A DNA stretch of 32,000 nucleotides from Thermodesulfobacterium commune DSM 2178 (lineage in GTDB: Bacteria; Desulfobacterota; Thermodesulfobacteria; Thermodesulfobacteriales; Thermodesulfobacteriaceae). Position 1 is the first letter of the stretch, and the number at the start of each line of letters is the position of its first letter. Both the position numbers and the translations under genes were made by a program. The notes under the pieces are model-generated. The model did not search any database. It was not told the DNA's origin and worked only from the letters and a program-made list of their open reading frames with translations. This document shows positions 14,244 to 23,585 of this stretch, piece after piece. The DNA lies in contig NZ_CP008796.1 in NCBI RefSeq assembly GCF_000734015.1, positions 930,001-962,000 of the forward strand. Reading direction: 5' to 3'.

Positions 14244-15721
14244 TCACATCCTTTTTTTCTTCCTCCAATACAACGCTCCAGTTACACCTGCTGCTCCCAA
14301 GGTTATTGCTCCCGGCATTCCTGCTCCTATTCCTACCCCCACTTTTAGACTGGAAGGAACAAATACAGTAGCCAGCCGTGGATCGTTTTGCTTTGTTGCG
14401 TTTTCTAGTTGCGAAGTTATGAAATTTAGATTTTCTTTTCTAAAAGGAGTGGGATCATTGGAGTATAAATAAACCACAGGCCATCTTTGATATTCCTCCA
14501 GTAGTTTCTGCTATTTTTCAGGAGATAGTTCTTTTGTGCTTGTATCAACGATCTCTTCGTCAGCTTTGAATTTCAAAGAAGCAAGCACAAGGTCTTTTTC
14601 CCGTATCTCCTGTGTGTTTTTTTTCAACATCTGGTATCGTTCATGTGCCTTCTGGATTTCTACCTGGATTTTTTCTTTCATATGCTGAAACTCAGGGAAT
14701 TCTACAAGAGCCGTGTTCAAAAGTGCATTTGCCCAGATTATCTTTTTCTCTTTCTCTTTCTCGTATGGAGTTAGGTTAGTATTCTCAAGGATTCCACGCT
14801 GATAGAGGTAGAAAAATTTGGCACGATTCAAAATAGAATCATTCCTGGAAAGCTCCACGGCTTCAGGAGAGAGAGCTTTCCACAAAAGGAAGGCGTGGAT
14901 CAGAGAATCCCAGTTTCCTTTTTCGTACACATAGAGTAAAAAGTCAGCGGCACACGCAAACACAAAGGGAGGGATACTGTAGGACCAAACTGGACCTAAA
15001 AGTCCGTACGCAATGAAAGTTTGAAACTGAGATAGCATCTGTGTTGTCATTCCAAAAGTTTCTTCTTTTTTTCTGAGACATTTTTTTCTTCTTTCTCTAT
15101 GCCAGAAGTTTTTTAACTGGAAAACTCAGCTACAACTTTTTGGAGAAGGGATACCACATCTCGTGAACTTTTTGAGAACAGAACTCCTTTTCACTATGCT
15201 TTCAAGAGAACGTATAGTAGATTCCAAAAGTTGTATTGAGAAAGGCATTTCGGCAGCTACGATGGGGTAGTCCATAGGAGAACCTGATTTTTGGTACCAG
15301 TTCCAACACATCCCCCCAGCCAACTTACAGCTTTTAGCTCCAAGGTCACTTCCTCCTACATTCACAAACCTTTCATTAAGAACAAGGTATTTTGATGTGT
15401 CAAGTGGTGTCTGAAAAACCTTATATTTGTTCGCAAGCACCAAAAATCACGTTGCAAGCATCGCGAAAACAGCTACGTCTTCAAACGCAGGACAAACTAC
15501 ATGCTAGGCCGGAAGTAGCTCTTCATCAAGAATGCGTTTGGAATGCATTTTTTTATAGCATCCTCAATCAGTTCCCGGTTTGAAGAAAAGCCTTTATCAC
15601 GGCCCTGAAATAGGTATTCAACAAAAATTTCCACTCCTTTTACTTCGCCAATAAGGCTAAACGTGAAAACAAGTGAAGAAATAGATAGTAAAGCGATTTT
15701 AGAAACAATTTTTTTATTCAT
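14244..15721 (-). pseudogene. broken hypothetical gene chain: signal-peptide fragment (15497-15721), then three ORFs sharing one frame (15126-15443, 14511-15050, 14244-14477) separated by single stops
   Basis: - **Start:** only the first fragment has a strong RBS (GGAAGGAG 7 nt before the ATG at 15721). It also has a signal-peptide-like N-terminus, MNKKIVSKIALLSISSLVFTFSL.
- **Shared frame:** the three downstream ORFs have no SD sequence and use TTG, ATG and GTG starts. They are in the same frame, joined across TGA (15126-15128) and TAG (14511-14513), with the 25 and 11 intervening codons open.
- **A to B gap:** the segment 15444-15496 has stops in all frames. Confidence 0.5.
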
Positions 15722-16370
15722 ACCTTTTCTCCTTCCTTGGGATTACCTACTTCCATGAACCATTAAAAGTTATCCCTATGTTTACCAGTTTATTGTTTAT
15801 AAAAGTCTGCTTTAGCGGAATCTTTTTTTGGACTTATCTCGCTTCTTTTTATAGAAACCTTCCGTTTTTTGAAAAGATTAGCAAAAATTCAAAACTAAAT
15901 CTGTTTTCTAAACCCATCATAGGTGGTTTAATTCTTATAGTCCTTACGTTTATATTTTCTGAAAACTACCTGGTCTTGGACTTGAGACGATAAAAAAGCC
16001 ATCGTAGGTGAACCCATCTCTCCTATAGCCTTTATTTTAAAAATTCTTTTTACTTCTATTACCCTAAACTTCGGGGGTAGCGGAGGAATTGTTACCCCTT
16101 TGTGTTTTTTGTAAGAGCAACCGCAGATAACACATTTGGAATCCTTTTTGGACTTGACAGATCCTTATTTGCCTTTATTGGAATGGTCAGTCTTTTAGCA
16201 GGGGCAACCAATACTCATATCTCTGCAATCATTATGGCAGGAGAACTTTTCGGTCCCCAAATAGCTCCTACGCGGCTCTCGATTGTATCATCAGCTTCTT
16301 AATAACAGGACACAGAAGCATCTTCTCCAGTCAAGTCTTGATATGGCAAAATCTACCTCACTTTCTATAG
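15703..16370 (+). pseudogene. ClC-family chloride channel, C-terminal half only, with multiple frameshifts and a stop
   Basis: Across shifting frames it reads KPIIGGLILIV...ENYL / GLGLETIKK / AIVGEPISPIAFILKILFTSITLNFGGSGGIVTPL / FFVRATADNTFGILFGLDRSLFAFIGMVSLLAGATNTHISAIIMAGELFGPQIAP / YAALDCIISFLITGHRSIFSSQVL. The GxSGGxxxP and GMxxxxAxxxxxPxxAxxMxxE patterns are ClC hallmarks. The N-terminal half of the channel is absent. Confidence 0.75.
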
Positions 16371-16580
16371 AAAAAGGAAAAGAACTAAGAGAAATAATAA
16401 AAATTATCTATCAACCAAGACCAAAAAGCCTTTCTGCTATTCTTTTTCAAATTAATAAAAAAATTTTTTAACAGGTCATAGCCATCTTTTTTCACCAGCC
16501 AACATAATCTTTAATAGCAAATCTGATTGAGTAGCTACTATATTTTGCAAACAAATTTTTAATAAAAGTTGTCTAAAATA

Positions 16581-16617
16581 GAAAAAGGATGGCTGTCTTT
16601 CTTTAAGACAGCCATCC
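16581..16617 (-). terminator. rho-independent terminator downstream of cstA
   Basis: Perfect 13-bp stem GGATGGCTGTCTT/AAGACAGCCATCC (16587-16599 and 16605-16617) with a 5-nt loop. On the minus strand it is followed by TTTTTC, and it lies 21 nt after the cstA stop. Confidence 0.75.
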
Positions 16618-16638
16618 CAATTTTATGACATTTTCTGA

Positions 16639-18470
16639 CTACTCAGAAAGATGTTTCATTGTTTCTGCTTTTAATGAAGGAGAATTTTCGTTATCTTTAT
16701 AAGGGGGGATCTCTCCTCTAAATATCTTTAGCCATACCCTTATAGAGTCCATTACAATCAGTATAACCAATAAAATCATTACCGCAGAAAGCACGGCAAG
16801 TAAATATTTTTGTTTAGGAAGATAATTGTTAACTATATTTTGATACCCAGCAACGATGGTGGTTATTAACAAAAAGGTCATAGGAATGAGAGTTACCCAT
16901 ATATATTTTGCTTTACCAAGCCTTAAAAGATAGGTTGTAGTTACTGCAAATGCCATCCCAGCAAGAAGCTGGTTGTTCACTCCAAAAAGTGGCCATATGG
17001 TAGCTATCGTTCCTGTATAAAGAAGATATCCCCAGCAAAATGTAAATATCCCACTTGTAACAATTACACCTGGCCACCATGTGTAATCTCTTAGCTTTGG
17101 ATAAAACACCCCTCCTAACTCCTGCATTAGATACCTACCTACTCTTGTTCCTGCATCGATAAGGGTAAGTATAAATAAGGCCTCAAACATAATTGCAAAA
17201 TGATACCAGTAACTCATCAAATGTCTTAGCCCACCTATCCTTGAAAAAATATCAGCCATTCCTACTGCCAAAGATACCGCTCCACCTGGACGACCTGCAA
17301 GCTCTTCTCCCACTAAAGCAGAAAGATAAGGCAGATCTTGGACCTGCATCCCGAGTTTCTTAAAAGCTTCCGGAGCACTGTTTATGGCAAAATAGTCTGC
17401 TGTAGGAAGTACGGTAGCAGCAATCAAGGCCATCAAAGCTACAAATCCTTCTACAAGCATAGCACCATATCCAATCACTCTTATATCTTTTTCATTTTCC
17501 AGCATTTTAGGTGTAGTTCCTGATGAAACAAGGGAATGGAAACCTGAAATGGCTCCGCAAGCTATGGTGATAAACATAAAAGGCCAAACCTTACCTGGTA
17601 TAACAGGACCACCACCTGCCACAAACTGAGTAACTGCAGGCATTTTAATTTAATTAAAGGATTTACAAGTATCACACCGATGGCAAGTAAAAACATCGTT
17701 CCGAACTTCATGTAAGAACTCAAATAATCTCTTGGAACAAGAAGTAACCAAACAGGTAAAACAGCCGCAAAAAATCCATACACTGGAACTAGTATAGAAA
17801 GTGTTTTTTTATCAAGAGTAAAATAAGGTGCTAAGCTTGATTCTTTAATCACTGGACCAACCACAACTGCTAAGATGATCAATATCACCCCTATTATACT
17901 TGCTTCTACCACCTTACCTGGCCTTAACCATTTAAGATAGATACCTATAAAAATAGCAATCGGTATGGTTACTCCAACTGTGAATGCTCCCCAGGGACTA
18001 TTATACAAAGCATTCACAACTGCGATAGAAGCACCAGCTAAAACGATGATTAACAAAAATAAAGTAGCAACAAGAACAAGCCAGTAAGATACCGGTCCAA
18101 CTTGGGCTTTAGCAATTTCAGCAAGAGACTTTCCGTTATGTCTTACTGAGGCAAAAAGCACCACCATATCATGTACAGCACCAGCTACCACACACCCAAT
18201 CAAAATCCATAAAAAACCAGGCAAATAACCGAATTGTGCGGCTAACACAGGTCCGATTAAAGGTCCTGCGCCAGCTATCGCTGCAAAATGGTGCCCAAAA
18301 ACAAGCCAACGATTGGTAGGGACATAGTCTCTTCCGTCATTTAAAATAGTAGAAGGAGTAGGTCTTTTGGGATCTAAAGAAAGAACTTTTGCAGCAATAA
18401 ATGCACTGTAAAACCTATAGGCAAGCACAAAAACACACGATAAAATCACCACCAACACAAGTGCCTGCAT
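16639..18470 (-). pseudogene. cstA: carbon starvation protein A (CstA peptide/pyruvate transporter family) interrupted by a 1-nt frameshift
   Basis: Two overlapping ORFs (17562-18470 and 16639-17643) together give a full CstA. Matching motifs include FGHHFAAIAGAGPLIGPVLAAQFGYLPG and PFMFITIACGAISGFHSLVSSGTTPKM. The frames meet at ...NPLIKLK|MPAVTQF. One extra A in the A4 run (plus-strand tttt at 17643-17646) would restore a single frame. A sequencing error cannot be excluded. Confidence 0.8.
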
Positions 18471-18666
18471 CTTGCACCTCCTTTTTAGTTTTTTAACGCA
18501 AATAAATTATATTATAAAATTCTAAATCTATTTTTAGTTTTGACAACCGATTAAAATTAATCCGCTATAGGATGCTTATGACTTTGCCTAAGGTTAATTC
18601 TTCCTTAAACGTGATTGAATTTTAACAAAAAATTTTTATTTTAATAAAAAGAAGGGGAGTAGATCT

Positions 18667-19689
18667 ATGGGAATTAGGCAAGCTCTATTTTATCAAAAGT
18701 TAGATGAAAAAAAGGTTCGATGCATGCTATGTAACCATCGGTGTGTAATACCAAACAATTCTGTAGGTCTTTGTGGGGTTAGGAAAAACGAAGAGGGAGT
18801 TTTATATTCTTTGGTATATGGGAAAATTGCGGCACAAAATTTAGACCCCATAGAAAAAAAGCCCCTCTATCACTTCTTACCAGGAACCTGGAGTTATTCT
18901 ATTGCCACGGTGGGATGTAATTTCAGGTGTAGTTTTTGCCAAAACTTTGAAATCTCTCAATATCCCCATCTTTACAACGCTATTATTGGAAAAATAGTTT
19001 CACCTAAAGAAATCGTAGAAAGAGCTTTAAAAGAAAATGCCAAAAGTATTTCCTATACATATACAGAGCCTACCATCTTTTTTGAGTTTGCTTACGATTG
19101 TGCTAAATTAGCTTCTAAGCATGGTATCAAAAACGTGTTTGTTTCAAACGGCTACATGACTAAAGAGGCCATAGATTACATCAGCCCCTATTTGCATGGA
19201 ATAAACGTGGACCTGAAATCCTTTAGAGATAGTTTCTATCGAAAACTTTGCAAAGCCAAACTTCAACCTGTATTAGACAACCTAAAATATCTTAAACAAA
19301 AAGGTATCTGGGTAGAAATCACTACCTTGATCATCCCAGGAGAAAACGATGATCCTTCTGAGCTTAAAGACATAGCCCATTTTATAAAAACCGAGCTTGA
19401 TGAAAACACCCCCTGGCATCTTTCAAGGTTTTATCCTCAATATCAGATGCTTGACAAAGATTTTACCCCTATAGAAACCTTGCAAAAGGCTTATGAAATA
19501 GGGAAAGAAGCTGGGTTAAACTATGTATACATAGGAAATGTCCCAGGAAATCCTTATGAAAACACTTACTGTCCTAAATGCGAGACACTCCTTATAGAAA
19601 GAAGAGGATTAAGAGCCTTAAAGGTTCGGTTAAGAAGTGACGGTGTATGTCCTGTTTGTGGATTTATTATTGCAGGGGTATGGAGCTAA
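18667..19689 (+). CDS. amrS: AmmeMemoRadiSam-system radical SAM enzyme (pyruvate formate-lyase activase-like)
   Basis: Radical SAM CNFRCSFCQN, N-terminal Cys cluster CMLCNHRCVIPNNSVGLCGVR and C-terminal CPKC...CPVCG. GGGGAG RBS upstream. Confidence 0.7.
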   Translation: MGIRQALFYQKLDEKKVRCMLCNHRCVIPNNSVGLCGVRKNEEGVLYSLVYGKIAAQNLDPIEKKPLYHFLPGTWSYSIATVGCNFRCSFCQNFEISQYPHLYNAIIGKIVSPKEIVERALKENAKSISYTYTEPTIFFEFAYDCAKLASKHGIKNVFVSNGYMTKEAIDYISPYLHGINVDLKSFRDSFYRKLCKAKLQPVLDNLKYLKQKGIWVEITTLIIPGENDDPSELKDIAHFIKTELDENTPWHLSRFYPQYQMLDKDFTPIETLQKAYEIGKEAGLNYVYIGNVPGNPYENTYCPKCETLLIERRGLRALKVRLRSDGVCPVCGFIIAGVWS

Positions 19690-20726
19690 AGGGTTAATCT
19701 TCTTCTTAGCTGACCACAAGCTGCAGAAATATCAAGTCCTTTGCTCTTTCTTACGGTGGTAAGGATGCCATGGTCTAACAAAAACCTTTGAAAGGATTCT
19801 ATCCTTTCTTCTTCTGGTCTTTCAAAGGGTAGCTCAGGGTGGGGATTATAAGGAATAAGATTGATTTTAATAGGGAAACCTCTGAAAAGGTTTACCAACT
19901 CTTTGGCATGCTGGAGACTATCATTTATTTCTTTTATAAGAATATATTCTATGGTAGTGCGTCCGTTTTTTATCCTAGGGAAAGTTTTGATAGTTTCTAA
20001 AAGGTCTTTAAGAGGATACTTTTTAGCTACAGGTATAAGACTTTTTCTTAAGTCATCATTTGGGGCATGAAGAGAAATAGCCAAAGCAGTAGGGAAGTCT
20101 TCTGCCAGCTTTTTAATCTTCTTTACCAACCCTACAGTAGAGACCGTTAACCTTTTTTTAGAAACATTAAACCCCAAAGGATGGGCAAGGATCTTTAAAG
20201 CTTTTATCAAGTTTTCGTAGTTAGCTAAAGGCTCTCCCATACCCATAAAAACAATGTTTCTTAAAGGAAGCAAACTATTTATTTCCTTAAGATACAGACG
20301 TGCTATAATCACTTGAGAGATTATTTCATAGACCTCTAGATTTCTTTTAAAACCTCCTTTAGCCGTAAGACAAAACTTACACCCCATCGCACATCCTACC
20401 TGAGTTGAGACACAAAGGGTATAATGGTCTCTTTCAGGGATGACCACCGTCTCTATGATCTCACCATCCTGTAATTTTAGAGCGAATTTGGTAGTTCCCT
20501 CTAGATCTGAAATCTTTTCAACTACTTCTGGCAACTCAAGAGTAAAGGTTTCTGCCAATTTTTTTCGTAATACCTTAGGAAGGTTTGTCATCTGGTCAAA
20601 ATCAATGGCTTCTTTACAAGTAATCCAGTGAAAAATCTGTTCTGCACGATATTTAGGCTCACCAAGATGTGAGATCAAAACCTCTATTTCTTCTAAGGTA
20701 TAGTTTCTTAAATTAAGCTTTTCCAT
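19686..20726 (-). CDS. rlmN: 23S rRNA/tRNA (adenine-C2)-methyltransferase RlmN
   Basis: 346 aa with PKYRAEQIFHW, radical SAM CAMGCKFC, GMGEPLAN and the C-terminal SAACGQL motif. Confidence 0.92.
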   Translation of the reverse strand: MEKLNLRNYTLEEIEVLISHLGEPKYRAEQIFHWITCKEAIDFDQMTNLPKVLRKKLAETFTLELPEVVEKISDLEGTTKFALKLQDGEIIETVVIPERDHYTLCVSTQVGCAMGCKFCLTAKGGFKRNLEVYEIISQVIIARLYLKEINSLLPLRNIVFMGMGEPLANYENLIKALKILAHPLGFNVSKKRLTVSTVGLVKKIKKLAEDFPTALAISLHAPNDDLRKSLIPVAKKYPLKDLLETIKTFPRIKNGRTTIEYILIKEINDSLQHAKELVNLFRGFPIKINLIPYNPHPELPFERPEEERIESFQRFLLDHGILTTVRKSKGLDISAACGQLRRRLTL

Positions 20727-20728
20727 GG

Positions 20729-22315
20729 TTAAAGTTCTAAGGGTTTTACCAAATATACGGTATCTAATTTGTTTAATTCCTCCAGGGCTTCTGCTGTAGG
20801 AGGCTGGTCTAAGCTAAGAAGGATCACGTTAGTCTGTTTCATCGGGTCCTGACCAACATACATCCTTGATATGTTAAGGTTGTGTTTGCCTAAAATGGTT
20901 CCTATTTGCCCTATAACCCCTGGTTTGTCTTCATTAAAAATATAAAGCATATGCCCTTCAGGTAAAGCATCTAACCTAAAACCATTTATCTTAACTATAC
21001 GTGGTTCCTTTTTACCAAAAAGAGTTCCTTCTACGATGGTAGTACCTTCAGTGTGGATAACCTTGAGGCTAATAAGCGAGGTAAAATCTTCTGCCATCTC
21101 TATTTTAGATTCTATTACCTTGATGTCTCTTTCTTTAGCCCTGATAAGGGCATTTACATAGTTTACGTCCTCTTTTAAGAAGGGGTAAAGAAGTCCTTTT
21201 ACCAAAGCTATGGTAACCGGTCTTACGTCTAACTGTGAAATCTCTCCTCTATAGCTTATTTCTACCTCTTTGATAGCCCCATCAGTAATCTGTGTAGCTA
21301 AAAGCCCCATTTTTTCTGCAAGAGTAATGATAGGACCTATAATCTTAAGGGTTTCAGGACTAATCGATGGCACGTTAACCGCATTTCTTATGATACCTTT
21401 TGTCAGGTAATCAGCTACTTGTTTAGCTATTTCTACAGCTACTACCTTTTGAGCCTCAACTGTAGAAGCTCCAAGATGTGGAGTTCCGATAAAATTTTCT
21501 AAAGTTAATAAAGGATGATCAGGGTCTATAGGTTCTTTTTCAAAAACATCAAGGGCTGCCCCAGCTACCTTACCAGACACCATAGCCTTATACAATGCTT
21601 CTTCATCTACTATCCCACCTCTCGCACAATTGATAAGATAAACCCCGTCTTTCATCAAAGAAAAAGCTTTTTCATCGATCAAATGATATGTCTCTTTGGT
21701 TAAAGGCGTATGGATGGTGATAAAATCTGCTCTTTTAAACAACTCCTCTAAACTAACCAGCTCTATCCCTTTTTTCTCAGCAGCTTCAGGGGTTACAAAG
21801 GGGTCATAGGCTATAACCTTCATCTTAAGTCCTAAAGCTCTTTCTGCTACAATCCCCCCTATCCTTCCTAAACCTATGATACCTAAAACTTTATTATTCA
21901 CCTCTACCCCTATAAACTTTTTCTTTTCCCATTTCCCAGCTTTTATAGAGGCTACTGCCTGAGGGATTTTTCTTGCTAAAGCAAAAAGAAGGGCTAAAGC
22001 ATGTTCTGCTGCTGCTAAACTGTTTCCTCCTGGAACATTCATCACGACTATACCTTTCTCGTTGGCTGCCTGAAGGTCTACATTGTCAAGCCCTGTACCT
22101 GCTCTACCTATTACTCTAAGTTTTTTTGCCCTTTCTATAACCTCTTTGGTTACCTTAGTAGCACTTCTTATAATAAGACCTTCTACCTCACCGATCAGGT
22201 CTAAAAGTTCCTCATAAGGCAAACCAGGTTTATAGATAACCTCTAACCCTTGTTCTTCAAGAATCTTTATACCTTCTTCAGAAAGTGAGTCAGAAATAAG
22301 AACCTTCATTTTCAC
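20729..22315 (-). CDS. serA: D-3-phosphoglycerate dehydrogenase SerA (long form with ASB and ACT domains)
   Basis: 528 aa with NAD fold GIIGLGRIGGIV, a catalytic region including TPHLGAST, and a C-terminal ACT-like region NEDKPGVIGQIGTILG. Confidence 0.92.
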   Translation of the reverse strand: MKMKVLISDSLSEEGIKILEEQGLEVIYKPGLPYEELLDLIGEVEGLIIRSATKVTKEVIERAKKLRVIGRAGTGLDNVDLQAANEKGIVVMNVPGGNSLAAAEHALALLFALARKIPQAVASIKAGKWEKKKFIGVEVNNKVLGIIGLGRIGGIVAERALGLKMKVIAYDPFVTPEAAEKKGIELVSLEELFKRADFITIHTPLTKETYHLIDEKAFSLMKDGVYLINCARGGIVDEEALYKAMVSGKVAGAALDVFEKEPIDPDHPLLTLENFIGTPHLGASTVEAQKVVAVEIAKQVADYLTKGIIRNAVNVPSISPETLKIIGPIITLAEKMGLLATQITDGAIKEVEISYRGEISQLDVRPVTIALVKGLLYPFLKEDVNYVNALIRAKERDIKVIESKIEMAEDFTSLISLKVIHTEGTTIVEGTLFGKKEPRIVKINGFRLDALPEGHMLYIFNEDKPGVIGQIGTILGKHNLNISRMYVGQDPMKQTNVILLSLDQPPTAEALEELNKLDTVYLVKPLEL

Positions 22316-22343
22316 CTTTTCCTCCTTTTAATATTTTTAATTT

Positions 22344-23507
22344 TTAAAAATATCTATGTTTTAGGTGTTCAAAGATAACCTTTTCAGCTACCTTAACACC
22401 AGCCCCTAACTCTACTTGATACCCAAAAAGATTTAACCCTACCTCTAAAGCCGAAATAGCTACAAGCAAGTCAAACAAACTTTGATCTCCCATATGGGTT
22501 ATCCTTATAATCTTTCCTTTTAGATGATCCTGGCCTCCTGCAAAAATAATCCCTAATTTGTTCTTAAGAAAGTTAATAAGTTCTCCTGTTTTAACCCCCT
22601 CAGGAACCTCTATCACCGTTAATGATTCTGAAGGCACCTCTGGAAAAATCTTAAGTCCTAAGGCCTTTACTGCTGCTCTACAAGCATTAGCTTGGACTTG
22701 ATAATGTTCAAAAAGCGCTTTAAGGCCTATCTCTTTTATTCTTTGTAAAATCACCCTCAGCCCTAAAAGAAGGCTTACGGCTGGGGTAAAAGAAGTAGTA
22801 TCCTTTTCATAGGCTTTTTTTTCTTTTTTTAAAGAAAAATAATATTTAGGCAAAGTAGATTTTTCTGAGAGCTTTTCAGCCTTTTCAGAAAAGGCTATAA
22901 AAGAAAGCCCAGGAGGAAGGCTTAAAGCCTTTTGAGAGCCTGTGATCACTACATCAAGTCCCCACTCATCCATAGGTATGTCAAACACCCCAAGGCCGGT
23001 GATAGCATCAACTACTATCACAGTTTCTCTATTTTTAGTAAGCTGTGCTATCTCTTTAACAGGGTGTTTAACGCCTGTGGAGGTTTCACAAGCCTGGAGT
23101 AAAACCCCTTTGATGTCAGGATGCGAGTTTAAAACCTCTTCTACTTGCTCGGGTTTTACCGCTTTGCCCCAAGGTAAGTCTATTACCAAAGGATTTAAAC
23201 CAAAAGTTTTTGCAAGTTCGAACCAACGTTGCCCGAACTTTCCTGCAGAAACTACCAATACTTTGTCTCCAGGAGAAAAAAGATTTAAAATAGCTGCCTC
23301 CATCGCACCGGTACCAGAAGAAGCAAAAAAATAGACGTTATTCTTTGTCTGAAAAAGATATTTTAGGTTCTCTCTTATCTCTTTTAAAATTTCAGAAAAT
23401 TCTGGTAGTCTATGATGGGTCATCGGCTGAGCCATCGTCAGAAGGGCCTTAGGAGGAACAGGAACCGGACCAGGGGTGAAAAGATATTTTTTAGCTAAAA
23501 AATCCAT
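22344..23507 (-). CDS. class-V PLP aminotransferase (serine-pyruvate / alanine-glyoxylate / phosphoserine aminotransferase-like)
   Basis: 387 aa with FTPGPVPVP at the N-terminus and the PLP-lysine context GSQKALSLPPG. Its adjacency to serA suggests a SerC-equivalent role, which is inference. Confidence 0.75.
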   Translation of the reverse strand: MDFLAKKYLFTPGPVPVPPKALLTMAQPMTHHRLPEFSEILKEIRENLKYLFQTKNNVYFFASSGTGAMEAAILNLFSPGDKVLVVSAGKFGQRWFELAKTFGLNPLVIDLPWGKAVKPEQVEEVLNSHPDIKGVLLQACETSTGVKHPVKEIAQLTKNRETVIVVDAITGLGVFDIPMDEWGLDVVITGSQKALSLPPGLSFIAFSEKAEKLSEKSTLPKYYFSLKKEKKAYEKDTTSFTPAVSLLLGLRVILQRIKEIGLKALFEHYQVQANACRAAVKALGLKIFPEVPSESLTVIEVPEGVKTGELINFLKNKLGIIFAGGQDHLKGKIIRITHMGDQSLFDLLVAISALEVGLNLFGYQVELGAGVKVAEKVIFEHLKHRYF

Positions 23508-23585
23508 GTAGACCTCCGCTTAAGTTAGTTTTTAATTTTACAAGATCAAATTTTATTAGTTTTATGCTAAAATACAACCCAAAGC

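Larger units (their letters stand above)
12731..15750. mobile_element. remnant of a tRNA-Pro-associated integrative element (integrase plus broken cargo); right boundary uncertain
   Basis: The integrase gene abuts the tRNA 3' end in the classic orientation. Its cargo ORFs lack homologs I recognise. A 5'-truncated ClC gene begins near 15703-15780, which marks a structural breakpoint. I found no direct repeat of the tRNA 3' end by eye. Confidence 0.4.

Noticed and set aside
14221-14472. Plus-strand 83-aa Pro/Ala-rich ORF (…PVTPAAPKVIAPGIPAPIPTPTF…).
   Set aside because: It is the mirror image of the Gly-rich helix encoded on the minus strand. The minus-strand frame is supported by continuity with the two upstream ORFs.
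15126-15128. The in-frame TGA between two ORFs of the chain as a selenocysteine codon.
   Set aside because: I could fold no convincing SECIS-like stem-loop in the 40 nt downstream; only a 4-bp CCAG/CTGG pairing is available. The next junction is a TAG, and the neighbourhood is full of pseudogenes. A nonsense mutation is more likely.
15731-15742. ccttccttggga resembles the tRNA-Pro anticodon arm (cctgccttggga) and could be an attR remnant.
   Set aside because: The similarity stops after 12 nt and does not continue into the T arm or acceptor 3' half, which an att repeat would contain. It also doubles as the RBS region of the ORF at 15721. I treat it as chance.
12731-16600. Compositional (GC) contrast between the island and the core genome.
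   Set aside because: Spot counts of several 60-nt lines gave about 40% GC both inside and outside. The Gly-zipper segment is higher for coding reasons. I cannot support a compositional anomaly without a proper sliding-window calculation.
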